From Bacteroidales bacterium (lineage in GTDB: Bacteria > Bacteroidota > Bacteroidia > Bacteroidales > F082): a stretch of 64,000 nt of DNA. How positions within the stretch are numbered: position 1 is the stretch's first letter; every line of letters starts with the position of its first letter. Below are positions 57,369-64,000 of this stretch, piece after piece. Below the pieces are notes generated by a model. The model was given only the letters and a program-made list of their open reading frames with translations, ran no database searches and was not told the origin of the DNA. Location: NCBI GenBank assembly GCA_030690365.1, contig JAUYGX010000142.1:12888-76887 (forward strand), given 5' to 3'. A program made the position numbers and the translations under genes.

Positions 57369-58634
57369 ATGTTGAGGGTATATAAATTTGGGGGTGCATT
57401 GTTAAAAGATGCAGCAGGGATCAACAGAGTAGTTTCATTGATGGAAGAATATGGTTGCGAACCCATTGTTGTGGTGGTTTCGGCCATAGGAAAAACCACC
57501 AATGCCCTCGAAGAACTGATCCGGTTGAAAAACCAAAACAATATCCCGCTGCTTCAGCAGGAATTCTTCAATCTCAAACACAAACACCTGCAACTTGTTC
57601 AGGAACTTTTTCCGGATAACAACGACTTGCTATTTAACGAACTGGAAGAACTGTTTCGAAGGCTTTGGGAGGCACTGAACAACCAATATCCCGATACATT
57701 TCAGGCTTACGACAGTGTTGTATCGTTTGGTGAGGAGATGGCCAGTGTTTTGGTAGAACACACTGCCACCGCGCGTGGACTTCCTTTACAAAGAATTCAT
57801 GCAGCCACCCTTATTGCCACCGACAGCAACCACACCAACGCCAGAATCGACTGGAAATCGACCCGAACCAATATCGAAAACAAGGTAAAACCTGTGCTTG
57901 AAGCGAAGAAGATGGTGTTAACGCAGGGATTTGTTGGCTCCAACCCTCTTGGCCACATTACCACGTTGGGGCGTGAAGGTTCAGATTTTACTGCTGCCAT
58001 TCTGGGAAACCTGCTCCACGCCGACGAAGTCACCATCTGGAAAGATGTTCCCGGCCTGATGAATGCCGACCCCAACCGGTTTTCCGAATGCATCAAATTT
58101 GATTTTTTGTCGTACCATGAAGCCATCGAGTTGGCGTTTTATGGTGCTACCATCATCCATCCAAAGACCATTCAACCGCTGAAGCAGTTGAATATCCCGC
58201 TTTATGTGCGTTCGTTTTACAATCCCGAAATCACACCCACCTGCATTTCGAATCAATCCACCGAAGAAGAAAAAACCCACAGCATCATTGTGAAGGATGA
58301 CCAGGTTTTGTTTTCAGTGAGTACCAGGGATTTATCATTTATAGCCGAAGAAAGCCTCACCAGGCTTTTTGCAGCTTTTAGTCAAAATAAAATTCACATC
58401 AACCTGATGCAACATTCGGCAGTAAGTTTCTCCGTTTGTTTTGATTATCATGAGGAAAAATTGATACAGCTGATGACTTCTCTGGGAAAAGAATTTGAGA
58501 TAAAATATAACTCAGGTCTTCAATTAATCACCCTGAGGCATTATACCCCGTTTCTCATTGATTTTGTGACTTCTGATAAAGAAATATTCCTTGAACAGAG
58601 GAGCCGGTCAACTTTTCAGGTGCTAATGAAATAA
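57369..58634 (+). CDS. lysC: Aspartate kinase
   Basis: 421 aa. Contains VYKFGGALLKDAAG, VVVSAIGKTTNALE, GREGSDFTAAILG and VTIWKDVPGLMNADP, plus C-terminal ACT-like repeats. Confidence 0.9.
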   Translation: MLRVYKFGGALLKDAAGINRVVSLMEEYGCEPIVVVVSAIGKTTNALEELIRLKNQNNIPLLQQEFFNLKHKHLQLVQELFPDNNDLLFNELEELFRRLWEALNNQYPDTFQAYDSVVSFGEEMASVLVEHTATARGLPLQRIHAATLIATDSNHTNARIDWKSTRTNIENKVKPVLEAKKMVLTQGFVGSNPLGHITTLGREGSDFTAAILGNLLHADEVTIWKDVPGLMNADPNRFSECIKFDFLSYHEAIELAFYGATIIHPKTIQPLKQLNIPLYVRSFYNPEITPTCISNQSTEEEKTHSIIVKDDQVLFSVSTRDLSFIAEESLTRLFAAFSQNKIHINLMQHSAVSFSVCFDYHEEKLIQLMTSLGKEFEIKYNSGLQLITLRHYTPFLIDFVTSDKEIFLEQRSRSTFQVLMK

Positions 58635-58692
58635 TCTGTACAGCTTTTTCATCAATTATTTAATGTAACTCAGGAAAAAGCAGGTCATTTAT

Positions 58693-58700
58693 TATCTTTG
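58693..58700 (+). promoter_or_regulatory. -7 promoter box (TATCTTTG) for the phosphofructokinase gene
   Basis: TAnnTTTG match 29 nt upstream of the ATG at 58730. Confidence 0.45.
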
Positions 58701-58729
58701 CCGGCTCAGACTAAATTTATTAACTCAAG

Positions 58730-59950
58730 ATGAAAGAATCTATTGCTATTTTATGCGGCGGCGGTCCTGCTCCTGGAATCAACTCGGTTATCAGCTCCGT
58801 AGCATTGGTTTTCCTAAGAACAGGATACCGCGTATTGGGTATTCATGAAGGATACAAAGGACTATTTGCCGAAAACCCCAAAGTACAGGAAATCGATTTT
58901 CAGTTTGCCGACGACATCCACAAACGCGGTGGATCGGCGTTGCAAATGAGTCGCCACAAACCCAAGGATGATGAATTTTCGACCCGCTTTTTCGTCGAGA
59001 ACAACATCGTTTTGTTGGTCACCATTGGGGGTGACGACACTGCTTCTACGGCCAACAGGATATCAAAATTCCTGCGTAACCACGATGTGAGCATTCAAAA
59101 CATCCACGTACCTAAAACCATCGACAACGATTTGCCATTGCCTGTTGGCATCCCGACCTTCGGATACCAAAGCGCCAAACAGGAAGGCGTACGCATCGCA
59201 AAAACCATTTACGAAGATGCACGTACCAGCGGTAACTGGTTTATTGTGGCCGCCATGGGCCGTGAAGCTGGTCACCTGGCTTTCGGTATCGGAGCCGCCT
59301 GTCAGTTTCCCATGATTGTTATCCCGGAGATGTTCAACAAGGTAAATGTTACCCTCGACAGAATTACTAATTTGCTGATTTCAGCCATTTTAAAAAGAAA
59401 GATAACAGGCGTTGAATACGGAACTTCTATCGTTAGCGAAGGTGTTTTTCATTTTATGAGTGATGACGAAATCAATAATTCCGGCATCACTTTTACCTAT
59501 GACGATCACGGGCATCCCGAACTTGGTAACGTAAGCAAGGCGCACATTTTCAATATTTTACTTCAAAACAAATTGAAGAAAATCGGATTGAAAGTTAAAA
59601 GCCGACCCGTGGAACTGGGTTATGAACTCAGGTGTGTTCAACCGGTGGCCTACGACTTGCTTTATTGCAGCATGCTGGGCATTGGCGTTAAAAAACTGTT
59701 CGAAGAAGGCCGCACCGGTTGTATGGTCACCGCTGACAATGTGGGCAACATCGCACCGCTTTATCTCGACGACGTAACCGATGAATTTGGAAAAGTAAAA
59801 CCCCGTTTGGTGGACATGAATGCGGAAAAAACCAAGCTTGTAATACAATATGGTTTGCAATTTATCGAACCCGGTGATTACGAAGCAGCTAAGGCATTTG
59901 TAGCCCATCCTGAAGAATTCGATTTTCGGGCAATCCTTGGTTGGGATTAA
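58730..59950 (+). CDS. pfp: 6-phosphofructokinase, probably pyrophosphate-dependent
   Basis: 406 aa. Contains GGGPAPGINSVI, GGDDTAST (Asp where ATP-PFKs have Gly) and PKTIDNDL (Lys where ATP-PFKs have Gly). Both residues are the established PPi-specificity signatures. Confidence 0.8.
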   Translation: MKESIAILCGGGPAPGINSVISSVALVFLRTGYRVLGIHEGYKGLFAENPKVQEIDFQFADDIHKRGGSALQMSRHKPKDDEFSTRFFVENNIVLLVTIGGDDTASTANRISKFLRNHDVSIQNIHVPKTIDNDLPLPVGIPTFGYQSAKQEGVRIAKTIYEDARTSGNWFIVAAMGREAGHLAFGIGAACQFPMIVIPEMFNKVNVTLDRITNLLISAILKRKITGVEYGTSIVSEGVFHFMSDDEINNSGITFTYDDHGHPELGNVSKAHIFNILLQNKLKKIGLKVKSRPVELGYELRCVQPVAYDLLYCSMLGIGVKKLFEEGRTGCMVTADNVGNIAPLYLDDVTDEFGKVKPRLVDMNAEKTKLVIQYGLQFIEPGDYEAAKAFVAHPEEFDFRAILGWD

Positions 59951-59971
59951 CCAAAAATGATTTCAACATAG

Positions 59972-60005
59972 AAAGCGATCTGGTTATTCCGGGTCGCTTT
60001 TTTTT
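59972..60005 (+). terminator. Terminator for pfp embedded in the 3' end of the convergent channel gene
   Basis: aaagcgatc / ggtcgcttt forms a 9-bp stem (one G-U) followed by a T-run. The T-run encodes the KK of the ...KKSDPE* tail on the opposite strand. Confidence 0.6.
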
Positions 60006-60736
60006 GTCTCCTCCTTTGCTTGAGTCGGTATGGGTTGGCTTACCTCCTGATTTACAGGCAACGTATGAGTAGGAACCGACGGAGTATACACCTGTTTTCC
60101 GGTTAAATATTTCCCAACCAGCAAGGCCACAATCATGGTAAGATAAAGCTGACCCGAGAAACTTAAAAATATAGCCAGGGTACGCGCCAGTGGAGAAGCG
60201 GGTGTAATGTCACCAAAACCAACCGTAGTCATGGTAACAAAACTAAAATACACGAAGTCGGTGGAGACAAACTGTACATCATCGTTAAAGCTAATGGCAT
60301 GAGGATTGGCCAGAAAAATAGTGCGAAAAACGATGGCACCCATGATTCCAAACAAAAAGTAAATATTGATTGCTTTCAGAAATTCGAGGGCTCCCACCTG
60401 GCGGCTCTGTGCAATCTGAATCACCAAAAGCACAATGATATAAAAGAAAAAGGCAAGCGATGCAATGGAAGTAAAATGCTGTACAGCATCCAGTTTCAGA
60501 TAGGTTGATATCCAGGTGAGTACCGTGATAGCGATGGCCATGTACAAGTATTTTATGTGCTTGTCGCTAACGCTTAAAATGGAGGCAAAGAAAATTCCGG
60601 ATACTCCGATACTATACATTTCACTGATATACATACTTTCGGGTACCAGGCCGATAACAAAAACAAAAATAAAATTCAGTGCAAACAGAATCAGGTTGTA
60701 ACGAATTTTGATCTTTTTTAAAGTAACGAACATCAT
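59984..60736 (-). CDS. Two-TM-type potassium channel protein
   Basis: 250 aa and polytopic. Selectivity filter is FVTMTTVGFGDITP. Confidence 0.85.
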   Translation of the reverse strand: MMFVTLKKIKIRYNLILFALNFIFVFVIGLVPESMYISEMYSIGVSGIFFASILSVSDKHIKYLYMAIAITVLTWISTYLKLDAVQHFTSIASLAFFFYIIVLLVIQIAQSRQVGALEFLKAINIYFLFGIMGAIVFRTIFLANPHAISFNDDVQFVSTDFVYFSFVTMTTVGFGDITPASPLARTLAIFLSFSGQLYLTMIVALLVGKYLTGKQVYTPSVPTHTLPVNQEVSQPIPTQAKEETKKSDPE

Positions 60737-60843
60737 AATGCGCGAATTGTAGGTAAACTTCTATCAAAGGTATAGTTTTTTTGAATTATCCCGATAGTGG
60801 GCCGCAACAATTATACTTAGTATCTTCGCCAAAATTTTATTTG

Positions 60844-62070
60844 ATGAGCTATCAATATCATACACTTAAGAATGGAATCAAGGTGATTCACCGCAGCATA
60901 CCCGGATCGGTGGCCCATTGCGGTGTGATGGTAAATACAGGCTCACGCGATGAAGCACCAAACGAAAGCGGCCTGGCGCACTTTATGGAACACATGATTT
61001 TTAAGGGGACCAAAAAGCGAAAAGCCTATCATGTACTCAGTCGGATTGAAAACAATGGCGGCGATTTAAATGCCTTTACGACCAAAGAAGAAACAAGTGT
61101 ATACGCCTCGTTTTTAAACCCTTACTACAAACAAAGTCTTGAGCTGTTTGCCGATGTGGCCTTTCAATCGGTATTTCCACAAAAAGAACTCGAAAAAGAA
61201 AAAGAAGTCATCATCGATGAAATTCATTCTTATAACGACAGCCCTTCGGAGCTTATTTTTGATGACTTCGAAAACCAGCTATTTCGCGGTCATCCACTTG
61301 GCAGAAACATCCTTGGCGATGTTGATTCAGTGGCTTCCTTTACCAGAAAAGACCTGTTTAAATTCATCAAAAAAAATTACAGCACCAATCAGATGGTGAT
61401 TGCCTCGGTGGGAAATCTGCCAATGAAGCAACTCATCCGCTGGACAGAAGATTATTTTGGTGATTTCAAGCCAAACGACCTGCATCCCGAAAGAATCCCG
61501 TTTCAGGATTATCAGCCATCGGTAGTAAGCACACAAAAAGATTCGCATTTGTCGCATTGCATGATTGGAAACCAGGCCTACGGCCAAAACGAAAAAAAGC
61601 GTTTTACCATGCTCCTGCTTAGCAACTTGCTTGGTGGCCCTACGCTAAACAGCCGGTTAAGTATGTCGCTGCGCGAAAAATATGGGTACGCTTACACCAT
61701 CGAATCCTATTATCAGCCCTATTCTGATACAGGTGTTTTTGGCGTGTACTTCGGAACAGAAAAAAACATGGTTGAAAAAAGCCTTCAAATCATCCGAAAG
61801 GAGTTTAAAATCATGCGCGAAAAGCCGCTGGGAACGATACAGCTTCACCGTGCAAAAAAGCAAATCGAAGGTCAGGTGGCCATTGGAGGCGAATCGTTTT
61901 TAAACGAAATGCTGGGCATCGCCAAATCGCACCTGATATACGAAAAAGTACAGTCGATTGAAGAATTGCTGCACGAAATGGAACAAATCACCGCTGTTCA
62001 GGTAATGGAAGCCGCAAATGAAATTCTCGACGAAAGCAAGCTCAGCACCCTCACCTACCAAAGCAAATAG
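60844..62070 (+). CDS. M16-family (pitrilysin/insulinase-like) zinc peptidase
   Basis: The start is taken at the ATG giving MSYQYHTLKNGIKV. Has the inverted zinc motif GLAHFMEHMIFKGT (HxxEH) and EKEVIIDEI. Confidence 0.9.
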   Translation: MSYQYHTLKNGIKVIHRSIPGSVAHCGVMVNTGSRDEAPNESGLAHFMEHMIFKGTKKRKAYHVLSRIENNGGDLNAFTTKEETSVYASFLNPYYKQSLELFADVAFQSVFPQKELEKEKEVIIDEIHSYNDSPSELIFDDFENQLFRGHPLGRNILGDVDSVASFTRKDLFKFIKKNYSTNQMVIASVGNLPMKQLIRWTEDYFGDFKPNDLHPERIPFQDYQPSVVSTQKDSHLSHCMIGNQAYGQNEKKRFTMLLLSNLLGGPTLNSRLSMSLREKYGYAYTIESYYQPYSDTGVFGVYFGTEKNMVEKSLQIIRKEFKIMREKPLGTIQLHRAKKQIEGQVAIGGESFLNEMLGIAKSHLIYEKVQSIEELLHEMEQITAVQVMEAANEILDESKLSTLTYQSK

Positions 62071-62071
62071 C

Positions 62072-62716
62072 ATGATCGACAAAAAAATTGAAGAGTATAT
62101 CGAACAACATACCACCAACGAAGATGAGTTGATGTATGCCATTAACCGCGAAACCCACCTCAGCACCTACTATCCACGCATGTTGTCAGGAAAAGTGCAG
62201 GGAAAATTTCTGGAGATGATCTCATTCATGATCAAACCAAAACACATTCTGGAGATCGGTACATTTACCGGATATTCGGCATTGGCGCTGGCCAAAGGCC
62301 TGCAACCCGATGGCAAACTCATCACCCTGGAGGTGAACCAGGAAATGGAATCCATGCTCAGAAAAAATTTCGCCCGGTCGCCGGAGGCATCAAAAATTGA
62401 ATTGATCATCGGAGATGCCCTTCAAATTATCCCTCAGCTAAAAAACACCTTCGATTTGATTTTCATCGATGCGGACAAAGAGCAATACGTGGACTATTAT
62501 CAAATGGCTTTTGAGAAGTTAAAACCTGGTGGATTTATTCTGATAGACAATGTATTGTGGAGCGGAAAAGTGATAAAGCCATCGGCAGCCCTTGAAAAAG
62601 AAACGGCAGGTATTGTGTCGCTTAACAAGCTGGTAGCCGAAGACCCGCGTGTGGAACAGGTTATGCTTTCGGTGCGCGACGGGCTTTTGCTGGTTAGAAA
62701 ACTTCCGGTAAACTAA
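62072..62716 (+). CDS. Class I SAM-dependent O-methyltransferase (caffeoyl-CoA OMT / YrrM-like)
   Basis: The start is taken at the ATG giving MIDKKIEEYIEQHT. Contains ILEIGTFTGYSALALA, FDLIFIDADKEQY and GGFILIDNVLWSG. Confidence 0.85.
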   Translation: MIDKKIEEYIEQHTTNEDELMYAINRETHLSTYYPRMLSGKVQGKFLEMISFMIKPKHILEIGTFTGYSALALAKGLQPDGKLITLEVNQEMESMLRKNFARSPEASKIELIIGDALQIIPQLKNTFDLIFIDADKEQYVDYYQMAFEKLKPGGFILIDNVLWSGKVIKPSAALEKETAGIVSLNKLVAEDPRVEQVMLSVRDGLLLVRKLPVN

Positions 62717-63219
62717 TTGGTTTTAAACCTGAATTTGATTTGACCCAGTTCTTCGTTGGCCTTCACAATTTTTTCTTTCAGGGCTTCCTTATATGTATGC
62801 AATTTCTTTAGAAGTAGCGGGTCACCAATAGCCATCATCTGAGCCGCCAGTATTCCTGCATTCAACGCTGCATCAATACCCACGGTAGCTACAGGAATTC
62901 CGGGAGGCATTTGAACAATGGCAAGCAGTGCATCCATGCCATCGAGTGCGGCATTGATGGGGACTCCGATAACCGGAAGCGAGGTCATGGAAGCAATTAC
63001 TCCCGGCAAGTGAGCGGCCATTCCTGCTCCGGCAATGATTACTTTAATGCCTTTTGCTTCGGCATTTTTAGCAAATTGCTCTACTTTTTCAGGGGTGCGG
63101 TGCGCCGAAAGGGCATTAATTTCAAAGGGAATCTCCATCTCGTCGAAAAACTGAGCTGCTTTCTCCATCACTTTTAAGTCGGAGGTGCTTCCCATAATGA
63201 TACTTACCAATGGTTTCAT
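62713..63219 (-). CDS. purE: 5-(carboxyamino)imidazole ribonucleotide mutase
   Basis: 168 aa. Contains VSIIMGSTSDLKVM, SAHRTP and IIAGAGMAAHLPGVIAS..PVIGVP. Confidence 0.95.
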   Translation of the reverse strand: MKPLVSIIMGSTSDLKVMEKAAQFFDEMEIPFEINALSAHRTPEKVEQFAKNAEAKGIKVIIAGAGMAAHLPGVIASMTSLPVIGVPINAALDGMDALLAIVQMPPGIPVATVGIDAALNAGILAAQMMAIGDPLLLKKLHTYKEALKEKIVKANEELGQIKFRFKTN

Positions 63220-63290
63220 AAATCGAACTTTTCTTGATACTTGAGTGGCAAAAATAACAAATTAGGGTTAGGATTATGCACCCGTTATGT

Positions 63291-63298
63291 TATCTTTG
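63291..63298 (+). promoter_or_regulatory. -7 promoter box (TATCTTTG) for hpt
   Basis: TAnnTTTG match 59 nt upstream of the ATG at 63358. Confidence 0.35.
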
Positions 63299-63357
63299 TC
63301 GGTTTCTTAATCAACACCATTGCGATTATTTTTGTAAACTACCGATTTTCCAACGAC

Positions 63358-63897
63358 ATGAATAAAATCAGGATACACGACAAACAATTTGAACCTTTTA
63401 TCGGGTACACAACCATTGATGAAGCCATCGAACGCCTCGCCCACCAGATGAACAAAGACCTGGAAGGCAAAACACCTCTTTTTCTGGTCATCCTGAATGG
63501 TTCGTTTATGTTTGCAGCCGATCTGTTAAAAAAAATTTCCATTCCATGTGAGATAAGTTTTGTAAAACTTTCGTCGTATGTAGGCACCCAATCCACCGAA
63601 CAGGTACGCGAACTCATTGGTTTTAACGAAGAAATAAATAACAGGACCGTGATCATCCTTGAGGACATTATCGATACAGGAATCACGATGGAAAAAGTAC
63701 TCGACCGATTAAACCGGATGGGTGCTGCTGAAGTAAAAATAGCCACCTTGCTTTTTAAACCTTCTGCCTTTCAAAAGGATTTTGAAATTGATTATATCGG
63801 TATCGAAATCCCCAATGACTTTATCGTTGGTTTCGGTCTGGATTATGATGGATTTGGGCGTAACCTGAAAGACATCTATAAAATTGTTGAATCTTAA
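63358..63897 (+). CDS. hpt: Hypoxanthine phosphoribosyltransferase
   Basis: The start is taken at the ATG giving MNKIRIHDKQFEPFI. Has the PRPP-binding loop VIILEDIIDTGITM and the C-terminal FIVGFGLDYDGFGRNL. Confidence 0.9.
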   Translation: MNKIRIHDKQFEPFIGYTTIDEAIERLAHQMNKDLEGKTPLFLVILNGSFMFAADLLKKISIPCEISFVKLSSYVGTQSTEQVRELIGFNEEINNRTVIILEDIIDTGITMEKVLDRLNRMGAAEVKIATLLFKPSAFQKDFEIDYIGIEIPNDFIVGFGLDYDGFGRNLKDIYKIVES

Positions 63898-63909
63898 ACT
63901 CAAAAAAAC

Positions 63910-64000
63910 ATGCTGAATATCGCATTATTCGGCCCTCCCGGTGCCGGTAAAGGGACACAGTCGAAAAAACTGCTCGAAAAATACAACCTCACCTACATTT
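63910..64000 (+). CDS. adk: Adenylate kinase (5' part, runs off the window)
   Basis: [30 protein letters not shown] contains the P-loop [10 protein letters not shown] that is characteristic of Adk. Confidence 0.85.
   Translation, partial: MLNIALFGPPGAGKGTQSKKLLEKYNLTYI

Noticed and set aside
1-64000. Search for tRNA, rRNA and CRISPR arrays
   Set aside because: I found no T-arm-like GGTTCGAATCC context outside coding sequence. There are no rRNA-like conserved blocks and no regularly spaced 25-40-nt direct repeats. All large non-coding gaps were read by eye, but without a covariance-model scan small RNAs cannot be excluded.

Overview
This looks like a Bacteroidota chromosomal segment. It carries a SusC/SusD pair, several T9SS C-terminal sorting domains, TAnnTTTG -7 promoter boxes, a class 3 FBPase and a PPi-type PFK. 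About 50 convincing protein genes are present. Most are housekeeping: prfC, hisS, hutH, lgt, pepA, waaA, fbp, lysC, purE, hpt, adk and LPS/glycosyltransferase genes. I saw no rRNA, tRNA or CRISPR array. The accessory content is as follows. (1) At 45.2-47.5 kb there is a compact RiPP-like operon: a Sec-signal precursor with repeated K-C-G / CGEGKCG motifs, a DUF692/MNIO maturase and a DUF2063 partner (HvfA/MovA or bufferin-like). A 16-bp perfect hairpin sits between precursor and maturase, and a small HxxxCxxC ORF lies upstream. This is my best candidate for the interesting system. (2) A secreted Cys/Lys-rich 97-aa protein is divergent from an OmpR-type two-component system. Four helically phased TGTTAAT repeats lie in the shared promoter region. 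(3) A heme/iron-type uptake operon holds two HmuY-like proteins (one with a T9SS tail) flanking a TonB-dependent receptor. Flavodoxin is next to it, and a perfect 9-bp-arm dyad lies upstream. (4) A canonical histidine ammonia-lyase sits beside a divergent MIO-lyase paralog, a thioredoxin-like gene and twin 4-TM proteins. (5) An AT-rich block (about 21-31.5 kb) holds a TonB-receptor/DUF4249/MG2-like cluster, a T9SS cargo gene and a heavily decayed IS4-family element. All family names come from motif recognition by eye and need HMM/BLAST confirmation.
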